Assembly (NCBI GenBank): GCA_944390965.1
Contig: CALXRW010000004.1
Span: 986 to 64,985 of the forward strand
DNA length: 64,000 bases
Source: an uncultured Clostridia bacterium
Lineage (GTDB): Bacteria; Bacillota; Clostridia; TANB77; CAG-508
Direction of reading: 5' to 3'
Positions 10,270 to 21,249 of the stretch are shown in pieces; the first letter of the stretch is position 1; every line of letters starts with the position of its first letter. The notes under the pieces were generated by a model. That model was not told where the DNA came from, searched no databases, and saw nothing but the letters and a program-made list of their open reading frames with translations. The translations under genes and the position numbers were made by a program.

Positions 10270-11955
10270 TTATTTACTTAGCAATATCTTTTTTAGTTCT
10301 TCTTTCATCAATTCTTTTCGTTTTTCCATAAAAGTTTCAAAATCTTTCAAATCATAGGATATATTTTCAGGAAGATATTTTACGTTTTCTCTATTTTCTT
10401 TTATTTTTAACCAGTCTGCTAGAGGTGTATCATTTTTGCTTTCATTTTCTTTTCCTTCTAAAAGTTGAAGATTTGCTAATTTATTTCTATCTGTTTTCCA
10501 TTTTTCCCATTTTTCTTTTGGAATTTTCTTTTCTTCTAAATTTCCATCTTTAAAGTCATTATAAGGATGCATGTGATCTTGATGAAAAGTTTGCATTGCA
10601 AATTTTAAATTAGGATACAATAGTGTTAACACCATAAAAGTATAAGCACCTTTTTCTAAATCAAATAGGGCATCTATTTCTTCTTCATCAAATTGAAATG
10701 TTCTATCTCCTACAAACCTTAAGCTCTGCAATTCGGCCATTTCAAACTTATCTGTTTTCCCTTTCATAATATCTCTAATATTGTTTAAAGCTGTATTACT
10801 TGCTGTACCAAAAATCTGCTTTAATTGTGCAATAATATAATATTTTCTTAGTTCGTCTTTACTTTTATTGTCTAATTTTCCCCCCATAAATATGTAATAC
10901 ACAATAGGAATTGTAGCATTATATGAAATGATATTTTCAGAACGAAATCCCCATTCATCTAAAAATCCAACCATTGTTATAATAGCAGCTTTGATGTCCT
11001 CAAAACGTTCCTTTATCTTAAATACATTGTCTTTTTTAAATGTTTCTACTTTTAAATAAATGGAAAAATCTAATAGAAATAGGCATGTTCTCATAATAAA
11101 ATCATTATCAAAGCGATATCCTTCTCCATATTTGTTTATGGTTTTTAATAATTCTTCTATTTTTTCCCTTGCATTATCCCAATGAGATACAATGGTAGAA
11201 AATAATAAATCTGTTTTAGAAAGTACTGTTCCTCCACTATTTACCCTTACAAATATATCTAATACTTCATCGATAGAATCTCTTTCAATTTCAAAATAAT
11301 TAATAATCTCATCTACCACTAAATATTTATATAATGTTGAAATATTTTTTACGATTAGATTATCATTTTCCCATTTATTTTTTATAATAAACTGCATTAA
11401 TTCTACTTCCGTTTTTATGGTTAAAATATCTTTTGTTTTAAACCAAAGTTTTGATTCGTCTTTTTGGATGTCTTCTTCTTTTAAAAATTTAAATTCATAA
11501 GTTATTTCCTCTTCTTCATTTCTTTTTTGGCTTTTTAAATTAAAATATAATTCCTTTTTGGGAAAAGCATTATCATTATCCCATCTTTTCATCGGCATTT
11601 TCATTGCTAAAGTGCCCTGTAAAGCAATAAAAAGCGTCGTTAATCTTTGTTGTCCATCAAGAACAGCATGAATCTTTTCTTTGGTTATTGGCTTTGGAGC
11701 ATGCGGATTTATCGCACAATCTCTTTCATGATAGTTTTTTATAAATTCATATAAGGAATATCCTTTATCATTAATTACTTTACCAGGAACTTTCCAAAAT
11801 AAAAAAGTTCCTATTGGATATCCTAATAACAGTGAATCCATTAATTTTTCCATTTGTTCTTCTTTCCATACATATTTTCTTTGAATTGCTGGCAAATATA
11901 TGGTATTGTTTAGTTCTTGTAATATAGCTAAAATAGTCTTTTTCTGATATGGCAT
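10270..11955 (-). CDS. DUF262 + DUF1524 (HNH) GmrSD-like type IV restriction protein
   Basis: LPAIQRKYVW, VLDGQQRLTT, FVRVNSGG; C-terminal DHMHP..NL..N..K. Confidence 0.8.
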   Translation of the reverse strand: MPYQKKTILAILQELNNTIYLPAIQRKYVWKEEQMEKLMDSLLLGYPIGTFLFWKVPGKVINDKGYSLYEFIKNYHERDCAINPHAPKPITKEKIHAVLDGQQRLTTLFIALQGTLAMKMPMKRWDNDNAFPKKELYFNLKSQKRNEEEEITYEFKFLKEEDIQKDESKLWFKTKDILTIKTEVELMQFIIKNKWENDNLIVKNISTLYKYLVVDEIINYFEIERDSIDEVLDIFVRVNSGGTVLSKTDLLFSTIVSHWDNAREKIEELLKTINKYGEGYRFDNDFIMRTCLFLLDFSIYLKVETFKKDNVFKIKERFEDIKAAIITMVGFLDEWGFRSENIISYNATIPIVYYIFMGGKLDNKSKDELRKYYIIAQLKQIFGTASNTALNNIRDIMKGKTDKFEMAELQSLRFVGDRTFQFDEEEIDALFDLEKGAYTFMVLTLLYPNLKFAMQTFHQDHMHPYNDFKDGNLEEKKIPKEKWEKWKTDRNKLANLQLLEGKENESKNDTPLADWLKIKENRENVKYLPENISYDLKDFETFMEKRKELMKEELKKILLSK

Positions 11956-12021
11956 AGAAATCCTCCTTTTTCTTATCATATTTTAAGTATATCATATAAA
12001 TTTTCTCATTCAACTTAATTT

Positions 12022-12621
12022 TTAAATTTCGACAAAATCTTTTATTTGCTCCCACTTGGCTTCTCCTATTCCTTCTATCTCTTTTAGCTCTTCTATATCT
12101 GTAAATTCTCCATTTTCTTTTCTGTATTCTATAATCCTAAGTGCAATGGTAGGTCCTATACCTGGTAAAGTTTCTAATTCTGTTTGTTTTGCAGTATTAA
12201 TATTCACTTTCCCTGTTTCGTTTTCTTTACCAAAAATTTCTTCTTGATTTTCTTGTATAATTTCTTTTTCTTCTATATCATGAATACTGGGAATGTAAAT
12301 TTTCTGTCCATCTTCTACTTTATAAGCTAAATTTACATTTGTTAAATCCGCTTCTTCTGTTAGTCCTCCAGCCAATTGAATTGCATCATCTATTCTTGCT
12401 CCTTCTTCTAATTCTATAATCCCAGGATTTTTAACACAGCCTGTCATATGGATAGCAATTTTTTCTTCCTCTATTTCTTCCTCCATCTCTGTACTTTCCG
12501 TATTTTCGATGACAACCTCGTCATTTCCTATTTTTTGTGTCATATAATAAATGATAATGGATATGATAATAATACCAATTAGTCCAATGATTATTTTTTG
12601 TTCTTTACTAAAATTTATCAT
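12022..12621 (-). CDS. comEA: Competence protein ComEA (SLBB + helix-hairpin-helix)
   Basis: G.VKNPG..L.EGARI.DAI..AGG; KVNINTA..ELETLPGIGP..A.RII.YR. Confidence 0.92.
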   Translation of the reverse strand: MINFSKEQKIIIGLIGIIIISIIIYYMTQKIGNDEVVIENTESTEMEEEIEEEKIAIHMTGCVKNPGIIELEEGARIDDAIQLAGGLTEEADLTNVNLAYKVEDGQKIYIPSIHDIEEKEIIQENQEEIFGKENETGKVNINTAKQTELETLPGIGPTIALRIIEYRKENGEFTDIEELKEIEGIGEAKWEQIKDFVEI

Positions 12622-12700
12622 AAAAAATCCCTCCTAAAATATTGAATTTTGTCGTAATTTAATGTATATTTAATTTAATTTTAATCATAAGGAGTTGCAA

Positions 12701-13952
12701 ATGAAAAAGACATTATTGTTTTTTATTATTTTTTTCTTAATTTTTATTCCTACTATTGTACAGGCAGATGAAACAGAATTAAATTTATATGCACCCTCAT
12801 CTATTTTAATTGATAGCAAAACAGGAAAAGTATTATATGAACATAATGCAAATGAAAAAATGTACCCAGCAAGTACAACAAAAATTTTAACTGCTATTAT
12901 TGTATTAGAAAATTGTGAGAATTTACAAGATACGACTGTTGCAAGCTACCAAGCCGTCATGGATGTCCCATCCCGGTTATGCAACCATGCCAATTGAAGT
13001 AGGAGAAGAATTTACGATTGAACAATTACTAAATTTAATGTTAATTCCATCTGGTAATACTCCTGCCAATATCTTAGCAGAATATATTGCGGGTTCTGTG
13101 GATAGTTTTGCAGCCATGATGAATACGAAAGCTCATGAATTAGGTTGTACCAATTCTCATTTTACAAATCCATATGGCTTACATGATGAAGATCATTATT
13201 CAACAGCATCAGACCTTGCTATTATTGCAAGAACAGCTATGCAGAATGAAATTTTTAGGTCTATTGTGTCCAAAACAAGTTACTCTCTACCTGCTACAAA
13301 CAAATACGATAAAGATGACCGTGTATATACTACAACAAATGAATTAATTGTACCAAATAATACTAACCGAGCAGATAATTATTATTATAAAAATGCAATT
13401 GGGGTAAAAACAGGTTTTACAAGTTACGCAAAAGATTGCTTAGTAGGTGCTGCTGCTAGAGATGGTTTAGAATTTATTTGTGTGATTCTTGGTGGTGAAG
13501 AAACATCAAGTGGTTTAAGTGAAAGGTTTTTAGATGCAAGAACACTTTTAGATTATGGGTTTGATCATTATAATATTAGGAAATTAAAGGCAAAAAACGA
13601 TATTGTAAAAGATATTGAAGTAAAAAATGCAACTAGAAATACTAAAAATTTAACTCTTGTTGTAGAAGATGAAATTAATGTATTAATTAATAAAGATGAT
13701 AATGAAAAAATTATTTTACCAGAAATAAAATTGAAAGAAGATTTAAAAGCTCCTATTCAAGAAGGCGAAGTTGTTGGTACAATTGAATATGTTGTTGAAG
13801 GAATTTCTTATGAAACAAATTTATTAGCAAGTTCAGAAGTTAAAAAGTCATCTTTCTTCCTTACGATTTTACAAATTTTGTTAATCATATTTATTTTAAT
13901 TGTTATTTCTAAATTTGTAAAGAGGAAAAAAAGAAAAAATAGAAGAAAATAA
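12701..13952 (+). CDS. D-Ala-D-Ala carboxypeptidase (S11); +1 shift at CGG 12974-12976
   Basis: SxxK (ASTTK) in first frame; SxN (SGN) and KTG in +1 frame; joined as MDVPS[C]GYATMPIEVGE. Confidence 0.88.
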
Positions 13953-13973
13953 TTTTTAAATGCTATATAAATT

Positions 13974-14012
13974 AAAAGAGGCTGTTTAAAATAAAACAGT
14001 CTCTTTCTTTTT
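13974..14012. terminator. Bidirectional terminator
   Basis: aaagaggctgttt..aaacagtctctttc. Confidence 0.7.
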
Positions 14013-14023
14013 CATTTACTTTA

Positions 14024-15265
14024 TTAATAATCTCTTCCAATGATAATTGTAAAATCCACATTAGAATTGTTTTCTCCTACTGTCATGTTTCCTAATCCCA
14101 AAGTCTCTTTTAAACCATTTGCCCTTTCTTCACTAATATTCGTACGATTTATAATGGTTGTTCTACCAGTAGATGTTACTTCTCCAGTTTTAGTAACATT
14201 ATATCCACTATTATTTAATAGTTCTGTTACTTCTGAAAGCTTATCTGAATCTCCACTTCCATTTAGTACTTCTATTTTTAATTGTGTAGCACTTTCTCCT
14301 TCTGTTTCTTCTTCAGTTTCAGAAATTCCTAAAAACATTTCTTGTACAAGAGCTTCTGTTTCCTCTTCATCTACAACATAGAATGAAAGTCCATTATAAA
14401 ACTTTGGTTCTCCCGGCAAAGTCTCTGTTCGAATACTTTCTATATCCACAGATACTGCATATGGAATATAATCTTTTATTACATTTACGTCCATGTTTGT
14501 TTCTACATTTTCATTGGCAATTTCTAAGAATTCGCCTAATTTTAGTACATTATTTGCTTGCAAGGTTTGTTTTAATGTTGCTGCAATAAATGCCCTTTGT
14601 GTTTTCATTCTTCCTAGGTCTTCCATTCCATATTCTTCTGGATATGTAGAGCCATCATTATTATGTCTGAATCTAACTACACCTTCTGCTTGTTCTCCAT
14701 TTAATTTTTGGTAACCTGCTTTTAAATGTATATGCAATTTCTGTCCAGCATCATCATAGTCCATATCAATTGGTACATCAAAATTTACGCCACCAATGGT
14801 ATCTACTAATTCTCTTAAAGCTTTTGTATCAATATTCACATAGTTTGTAACTTCTAATCCTGTTAATTCACTTACAGCTTCTAGTAGTTCTTCTGGTGAT
14901 GATTGATATAATGCATTAATTTTATCAAATGTATTTGCTCTAGAAGGGCTAGAACCAATAAATGTATCTCTTGGAATAGATAACATAGATGCTTGTCCTG
15001 TTTGTGGATTATAAGTACACAATATAATCGTATCTGTTAAGTTTTGGCTTTGTCCTGTAGCTAAGAAAGTAAGAACTGGTAGATTCTTCTTTGTTTCCTC
15101 ATCATGTCCCAAAGTAGTTGCAATAATTCCTTGCATACCTCCACCATTTCTAGAAACTTTATAAGCAAAAACGCCTCCTGCAATTCCAATAATTAATAAT
15201 AGAACTAAAAAGATTTTTAATCCTGTTCTCTTCTTTTTTCCTTTGTTTTTTTTCTCTTTTTTCAA
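14024..15265 (-). CDS. LCP (LytR-CpsA-Psr) family protein with LytR_C domain
   Basis: TDTIIL..MLSIPRDT..KINA; VRFRH..DLGRM.TQ; IEVLNGSG..IIIGRDY. Confidence 0.9.
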   Translation of the reverse strand: MKKEKKNKGKKKRTGLKIFLVLLLIIGIAGGVFAYKVSRNGGGMQGIIATTLGHDEETKKNLPVLTFLATGQSQNLTDTIILCTYNPQTGQASMLSIPRDTFIGSSPSRANTFDKINALYQSSPEELLEAVSELTGLEVTNYVNIDTKALRELVDTIGGVNFDVPIDMDYDDAGQKLHIHLKAGYQKLNGEQAEGVVRFRHNNDGSTYPEEYGMEDLGRMKTQRAFIAATLKQTLQANNVLKLGEFLEIANENVETNMDVNVIKDYIPYAVSVDIESIRTETLPGEPKFYNGLSFYVVDEEETEALVQEMFLGISETEEETEGESATQLKIEVLNGSGDSDKLSEVTELLNNSGYNVTKTGEVTSTGRTTIINRTNISEERANGLKETLGLGNMTVGENNSNVDFTIIIGRDY

Positions 15266-15380
15266 AATGATTCACTCCTTGTTTTATTTCGACATAAAAT
15301 AGTATATCAAAAAGAAAAAAAAATAGCAATATTTTCATCGAGATTTTTCATTGAGAAATAAGAGCTGATTTTCTTTTTCT

Positions 15381-15405
15381 GGGCTCGTCAAGACGAGCCT
15401 CTACA
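15381..15405 (-). repeat. GTAG-type REP hairpin
   Basis: gggctcgtcaagacgagcctctaca. Confidence 0.8.
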
Positions 15406-15460
15406 TAGTTAGTATTTTCTTCTTAGAATCGGTAATTTAAATTTTATTATAATTTAACAT

Positions 15461-16708
15461 TTAAAATATGTCTAATAACGGATTCTTTGTAATTGTTATT
15501 ATATTTTCTTTAAAATAATCCCATATATTTTTCCTTGCAATTTCATTTTCTGTTAAAATATTTACTTGAAATAATTCCTTTCCTTCTGCTTTTATTGTAA
15601 GTTTCCCTATTTCTAATTGTTTCTCTACAGGTGCCTCTATTTCTTTTATACTTTCTATCTCTATTTTTACCTTATCTTTTTGACCTTTTTTTAATGGATA
15701 TATAGAATAAGGAATTTTATCTAATACAAGGTTTGGATAACTTTGCATACCTTTAAAGACTTTTATTCTTTTTTCATTCTGTGCCTTCCAATAATGAAAC
15801 GCTTTTTCTATTGATTCTTCCATGGGTACTATTTCATAATTCTTGAATGCATATTCAATTAATTGAATACTATCTTTTGTTCTATATTTTTTAGTATCTG
15901 CTCCTAATACAACACAAATAATATCTAAATCTCCCCTTTTTACTGCAGTTACTAAACAACGATTTGCTCCATTCGTAAACCCAGTTTTTACTCCATATAC
16001 CCCATCTAAATATCCCAATAGTTCGTTGGTATTTCGAATTTCTTTTGCATAACCATTGATCCATACCGTATACCTTTCTGTTCTTACAATTTTTGCAATT
16101 TCCGGTATATTAAGAGCATAGTTTGTTAAAGTAGCCAATTCATATGCAGTTGTATAATGTTCTTCTTCGTCTAACCCATGTGGTGTAACAAAATGCGTAT
16201 TTTTTAATCCTAATTCTTCTGCTTTTTTGTTCATCAGTTCTGCAAAATTTTCCACGCTTCCTCCAATATGTTCTGCTAGTGCAACAGCTGCATCATTTCC
16301 AGAGCATAGCATCAATCCATATAGTAAATCTTTTACTTTTACTTTATCTCCCGCTTTTAACCCTAATCGAGAACCTCCTGTCCCTCCTGCTTTTTTAGAT
16401 ACTATCACTGTTTCTTCTAAATTTCCTCTTTCTACCACAATAATAGATGTCATAATTTTAGTAGTCGATGCCATTTTCCTTCTTTCATTGCTATTTTTTT
16501 CATAAATAGGAATTTGAGAATTTCTCTCTATTACAATTGCTGCTCTTGAATTAATATTAGGTGTATCAACACTTGTACTTGATGCTTGTTCTATTTCTTC
16601 TACAATTTCTTCCACATCTACAGTCTCTTTTTCCTCTTCTGCTGCATAAACCACTTCTGAAAATAATATTAGAACTATCACAAGTAAAGAAATAATATGT
16701 TTTTTCAT
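15461..16708 (-). CDS. dacB: D-Ala-D-Ala carboxypeptidase (DacB-like)
   Basis: MASTTKIMT, SGNDAA, HFVTPHGLD, GVKTGFT. Confidence 0.8.
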   Translation of the reverse strand: MKKHIISLLVIVLILFSEVVYAAEEEKETVDVEEIVEEIEQASSTSVDTPNINSRAAIVIERNSQIPIYEKNSNERRKMASTTKIMTSIIVVERGNLEETVIVSKKAGGTGGSRLGLKAGDKVKVKDLLYGLMLCSGNDAAVALAEHIGGSVENFAELMNKKAEELGLKNTHFVTPHGLDEEEHYTTAYELATLTNYALNIPEIAKIVRTERYTVWINGYAKEIRNTNELLGYLDGVYGVKTGFTNGANRCLVTAVKRGDLDIICVVLGADTKKYRTKDSIQLIEYAFKNYEIVPMEESIEKAFHYWKAQNEKRIKVFKGMQSYPNLVLDKIPYSIYPLKKGQKDKVKIEIESIKEIEAPVEKQLEIGKLTIKAEGKELFQVNILTENEIARKNIWDYFKENIITITKNPLLDIF

Positions 16709-16829
16709 GATTAATATCATTCCTTTCAAAGATGCAAATCTGAGCAAAAAATAATTACAATATTTTCCAACCCAACTTTCTAAAAAATGTTGAATTTGTT
16801 TTCACAATTTCAACATTTTTTTATCCTTT

Positions 16830-16857
16830 ATTATATGAATTTACTATAATATATTCT
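16830..16857 (-). promoter_or_regulatory. Possible sigmaE-type promoter of dacB-like gene
   Basis: Minus strand gaatatatt..CATATAAT resembles sigmaE -10 CATAcaaT. Confidence 0.3.
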
Positions 16858-16941
16858 CCTATTCTTTAAGTAGAACTACTTATTTTTTAAATCTTTTGCT
16901 TCTAACCCTTTTACATTATTAATATAGAATTCATTTCCCCA

Positions 16942-18570
16942 TTACAAATGAACTATAATATATTCTTCCCTTTCTATAATAGAGCCTTGTTTTGGGAATG
17001 CTGGTTGATTTTTCATGTTCTCTCTTGCCTCTAAATACATGTCCACATTTCCTTGTTTTAATTCATAACCTAAATAGCTAAAAAACTTTAACACTTCTGT
17101 ATTTGGCTCTCCAAAAGCTTCTACTGCCCACGTTAAATAAGATGCCACATTAGTTTCATTGATTTTTAATAAGTATTTTCCTTTCCCCCAACCGCTTGTT
17201 TCGATATGAAATATTTCTGCCATCTTTTTGGCTTGTTCCCCTTGCCATGTATTATTTTGTATATAAATTTCTTCTTTTATGTCTTCTGGTATATCTCTAT
17301 CAATTGCAAAAACTACTGGTTTCTCTAAATTATAATTTTTTTCTAGTTCATCTCCTACTTGAATTGCCAAGTTTTTCTCATATTGATATCTTCTTTCATT
17401 CAAATAGAACCATTTGTGTAGGTCTTTTGCCTGGAAAAATATCATTATAAAGAAAAGAAAAATGATGAGATTTTTTAACGCTTTTAGTCCCTTTATTTTC
17501 TTTACTTGACATGTTAGTAATAAAAATATACATGAAACAAAAAGCGGAAATACTTGGCACGTTCTATAAGGAGATGCCACTCCTTGTATAATTGATAAAA
17601 TGATAGTAGATAAGATTAATCCAAAGTAACAAAGGCTAAGCCATCTTTTTTTCTTTTTCCATAAAGAAGCTACTAAAAAAAAGATACAAGTAATCATTGC
17701 AGTAGCATACATAGTAATTGGCAAATAATATATGGCTGCAATTCCATATTTTAGAATAATGGTATCTTTTACGTTTTTAAGTCCCTTTTCTATTCCTAAT
17801 TTTTCATATTGAATTGTTTTAGCAGCCCTTTCGCTTGGCTCTATTTGATATATATTTTGGCATATTTTAGGTATCACAATCGAAAATCCTATAGCAACAC
17901 CTAGGACTAAAATATATATCATTCCTTTTTTAAATAATTCTAAGAATTTCACTTCTTGTTTTTGGTAAATTCCTTCTAAAATAAAAGTAATTAACATTCC
18001 ACATAAATAAACAGGTGCAAATGACTCATATAATCCAATTGCCAAAAATGTAGTAAAACATGCTATTACAACATATCTAATTTTTAATGTTGTTATGAAT
18101 TCGTACATACAGATAAGAGAAATAGCAATTAAGAAAAAACCTAATCCCACACTAAGGCTAGATGGTGTATAAACAAATATTTCATGTATTAATGGATAAG
18201 AAATAAAAAATCCAGAAAAGATAAGATAAGCTATTTTAGGTATTTGGTTTTTAGTTATTTCTTTAAATAATATGCAAAAAGTAATTGCCGATAATACAAG
18301 AAAAATAACTGCAATAAAATCTACAAAAAAAGGATTAAATTCCATAATATCAAAAATTTTATGAATCAATACTGCACCTATTCTTCCCTGTGCAATCAAT
18401 TCTCCATTTTCAAAATATCTGTCTGCTGATAAAGTATCTACATTAATCGATTCATGTGTGATAACATAACCAAAGCTTAATATTGCAATTAAAATAACAG
18501 GAACTATGTAAGAAACATCTGTTAAAAATTCTTTGATATTTTTTTGATATTTTTCCATGTTTATTATCAT
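16942..18570 (-). CDS. GtrII-like polytopic membrane glycosyltransferase (GT-C)
   Basis: QGRIG motif, many TM helices, LYES.A..Y, PYRT, C-terminal P.FP..GSI.E...YIIV. Confidence 0.7.
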   Translation of the reverse strand: MIINMEKYQKNIKEFLTDVSYIVPVILIAILSFGYVITHESINVDTLSADRYFENGELIAQGRIGAVLIHKIFDIMEFNPFFVDFIAVIFLVLSAITFCILFKEITKNQIPKIAYLIFSGFFISYPLIHEIFVYTPSSLSVGLGFFLIAISLICMYEFITTLKIRYVVIACFTTFLAIGLYESFAPVYLCGMLITFILEGIYQKQEVKFLELFKKGMIYILVLGVAIGFSIVIPKICQNIYQIEPSERAAKTIQYEKLGIEKGLKNVKDTIILKYGIAAIYYLPITMYATAMITCIFFLVASLWKKKKRWLSLCYFGLILSTIILSIIQGVASPYRTCQVFPLFVSCIFLLLTCQVKKIKGLKALKNLIIFLFFIMIFFQAKDLHKWFYLNERRYQYEKNLAIQVGDELEKNYNLEKPVVFAIDRDIPEDIKEEIYIQNNTWQGEQAKKMAEIFHIETSGWGKGKYLLKINETNVASYLTWAVEAFGEPNTEVLKFFSYLGYELKQGNVDMYLEARENMKNQPAFPKQGSIIEREEYIIVHL

Positions 18571-18575
18571 CCTTT

Positions 18576-19505
18576 TTAAAAATTAATTCTTTTTTCCTCC
18601 ACTACTAGAGGTCTTCTCATTACTCTAGTATTAATAGACAGTATATATTCTCCCAAAAATCCAATAAAGAATAATTGTAAAGCGCCCAAAAAGAACATTC
18701 CGATCAAAACGGGAACCATTCCTGCTGCAAATCGGTCCCAATAAATCAATTTTAATATAAAATATACAATTCCTATGATAAAACTAATGATACCAACAAA
18801 AATGCCTAAGAATGTAGCTAATCTTAGTCCTATTTTGGTATAAGAAGTAAAACTTAGCATAGCAGCATCATATAATTTATAAAAATTATTATGTGTTTTT
18901 CCTGCCCTTCTTTTTTGTTGTTCATATGGAATTTCTTTTCTTTGAAAGCCTAATTCTGCTACAATTCCTCTTAAAAATGGCGTAGGATCATCTAATTTTC
19001 TTAATACTTCTATAAAATCTTTGTCATATAACCCAAATCCTGTGAAATGTTCAATTTGTTCTGTATCTGATATTTTTTTGATTAATTTATAATAACATGA
19101 TCTTAAAAAATACATGATTCTGTTTTCTTTACTTTTATTTTTTACCCCAATGACGATTTTGTAACCATTTTCCCATTCTTGAATAAATTTAGGAATCATA
19201 TCTACAGGGTCTTGGAAATCTGCACAGATAAGCATGGTACAATCTCCTGTCGTCTGCAACAATCCATAATAAGGGGAATTAAATTGTCCAAAGTTCTTAG
19301 CATTGAAAATAGCTTTTATGTCTTTATTTTTATTACATAATTGAATTAATTTTTCTCTTGTTTTATCTGTAGAACAATTGTCTATGAAAATTAGCTCATA
19401 AGTATAATTTTGCAATTTATTGATTTCGCTTATAATTGCTTCACTAATTGGCTCTACATTTTCTTCTTCATTATAGCAAGGAACAACAATACTGATTTTT
19501 TTCAT
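18576..19505 (-). CDS. GT2 bactoprenol glycosyltransferase (GtrB-like)
   Basis: ISIVVPCYNEEEN, DNCSTD, ADFQDP, two C-terminal TM helices, IG..GEYI. Confidence 0.9.
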   Translation of the reverse strand: MKKISIVVPCYNEEENVEPISEAIISEINKLQNYTYELIFIDNCSTDKTREKLIQLCNKNKDIKAIFNAKNFGQFNSPYYGLLQTTGDCTMLICADFQDPVDMIPKFIQEWENGYKIVIGVKNKSKENRIMYFLRSCYYKLIKKISDTEQIEHFTGFGLYDKDFIEVLRKLDDPTPFLRGIVAELGFQRKEIPYEQQKRRAGKTHNNFYKLYDAAMLSFTSYTKIGLRLATFLGIFVGIISFIIGIVYFILKLIYWDRFAAGMVPVLIGMFFLGALQLFFIGFLGEYILSINTRVMRRPLVVEEKRINF

Positions 19506-19833
19506 GTCTTTTACCTCTCTTTTTATATTTGTCTTCTTTCCATTTTAATGGATTTTCCAAAATTTTGAGATATCCCTTTTCATTTTTAATAATGTATTCA
19601 TAGTAATTTCGTTGCCAGATAGGAAATTTAAATTTCTTTGTTATTATTCCTTTTAGAGAATTTATTATAAATGATATTGTAGGGGTCGCCGCCTTCGGCG
19701 ACCCTTTGTTTTTGATGTAAATTATAAAACGTATGTAATTTGGCATAATTATATAACAATCAACTGATATATTTTTATAAATTTCATTTATTTTTAAAAT
19801 ATGTTGTTCTTCAACTTTCCCAATATATGACAA
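19471..19833 (-). pseudogene. Degenerate REP-associated tyrosine transposase (RAYT, IS200-like)
   Basis: YIIMPNYIRFII (HUH MPNHxH lost), IWQRNYYEYII, ENPLKW; N-terminus missing; one REP inside and one just upstream. Confidence 0.75.
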
Positions 19834-19870
19834 TTCTATTTTTGGGTCGCCGAGGGCGGCGACCCCTACA
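19678..19870. repeat. Inverted pair of GTAG-type REPs at the RAYT remnant
   Basis: tgtaggggtcgccgccttcggcgaccc (19678-19704) and gggtcgccgagggcggcgacccctaca (19844-19870). Confidence 0.85.
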
Positions 19871-19876
19871 CTCTAG

Positions 19877-20794
19877 TTATTCTTTATTTTTTCTATACCA
19901 TTGAATTGTTTTTTGAATTCCTTCATGAAAATTAGTTGTAGGAATAAATCCAGTATCTTTTGTTAAATTAGAAATATCTGCACGTAAATTTATAATTTGT
20001 TCTCTTGGAACTTTTCTTGCTCCTAATTTTAGTGGTATTTTTTTATCAATCTGATTTCTAATTTCTTCTATGTATTGATATAATGGTTTTGATATACCAC
20101 TGCCTATACAATAGGTAGAACCATTTATCCCTTTTTCTCCAATCAAATATAAAGCTCTTGCAGCATCTTCTACATATAGGTAATCCCATAGTTGTTCGCC
20201 TTTTGTGTATTCTGGTGATTGATGATTTTCTATCATTTCTCGTATACTAGACATTATCAATGTGCTCTCATTATCATATGGCCCATAAACACTCAATATC
20301 CTTGTCCAAATATGTTTCATTCCTAATTGGTCTGCCAATATTTTAGTCATTTTCCCACTACAATATTTTGCAATTCCATAAGCTGTTTCTGGATTTACCG
20401 ATGTATTGGGTCTTATTTTTTCTTCTGTTCTACCATACTCTGCTTGTGAACCAGTTCCAATAAATGTATTACAACCTAATCTTTTTGCTAGTTTTACCGC
20501 TTCTAAAGAATAGGATATATTTTTCATTTGCATGTTTATGTCATTTCTGGAATTTCCAAAAGCTCCTTCCCATCCCAAATGAAAAAAAGTATCATATGTT
20601 TCTGGAAAAGAAGTTATATTTTGTAATTCATTTAAATCTGCCTGTATGATTTCTACAAGTGGATGTTTAATATTTTTTATTTTAGGGGAATTTGGTCTTA
20701 CAATTGCTAATACTTTTTTATTTTTTTTGACTAATTCCTTAACTAAGTTTGTCCCTATCATTCCTGTTGCACCTGTAATAACTATTTTTTGCAT
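19877..20794 (-). CDS. NAD-dependent epimerase/reductase (nucleotide-sugar)
   Basis: ITGATGMIG, GSQAEYG, YGIAK, SVYGP. Confidence 0.88.
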   Translation of the reverse strand: MQKIVITGATGMIGTNLVKELVKKNKKVLAIVRPNSPKIKNIKHPLVEIIQADLNELQNITSFPETYDTFFHLGWEGAFGNSRNDINMQMKNISYSLEAVKLAKRLGCNTFIGTGSQAEYGRTEEKIRPNTSVNPETAYGIAKYCSGKMTKILADQLGMKHIWTRILSVYGPYDNESTLIMSSIREMIENHQSPEYTKGEQLWDYLYVEDAARALYLIGEKGINGSTYCIGSGISKPLYQYIEEIRNQIDKKIPLKLGARKVPREQIINLRADISNLTKDTGFIPTTNFHEGIQKTIQWYRKNKE

Positions 20795-20821
20795 TTATCT
20801 TTCCTTCCTTTTTTGCTTGAT

Positions 20822-21248
20822 TTATTTAAAAGCCCATAGCTTATTTAATATAAAATTTAAAGGAATTGTAATACATAAATTAATAATTGGTGCAATATAT
20901 TCTGAAACGTGCCAAATATCTACCATCAAATACAATAAAATATTAGACAACAAAAATGTACTTCCATATGAAATATAAACTTTTAGTAATTTTTTTGGTG
21001 TATTATTTTTTTCATTTCTCGCAAATACATATTTATTATTCCAATAATAAGCATTTAAAACACTAATCAAAAATCCTATTATATTAGCAATAATATAATA
21101 GCATCCTAAAAATACTAGTAGATAATAAATCAACAAATTAATTATCGTATTAGATACTCCCACCAATCCGAAATTTAATAAATTGTTTTATTAATTTCAT
21201 TAGTTCTTCTTTATTTTTTATTTTTAATTTCTCTAATATTTTCTCCAT
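20822..21248 (-). CDS. GtrA family flippase-like protein; +1 shift at CGG 21168-21170
   Basis: ..IKQFIKF[C]GLVGVSNTIIN..NAYYWNNKYVF..NFILNKLWAF. Confidence 0.85.
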
Positions 21249-21249
21249 T

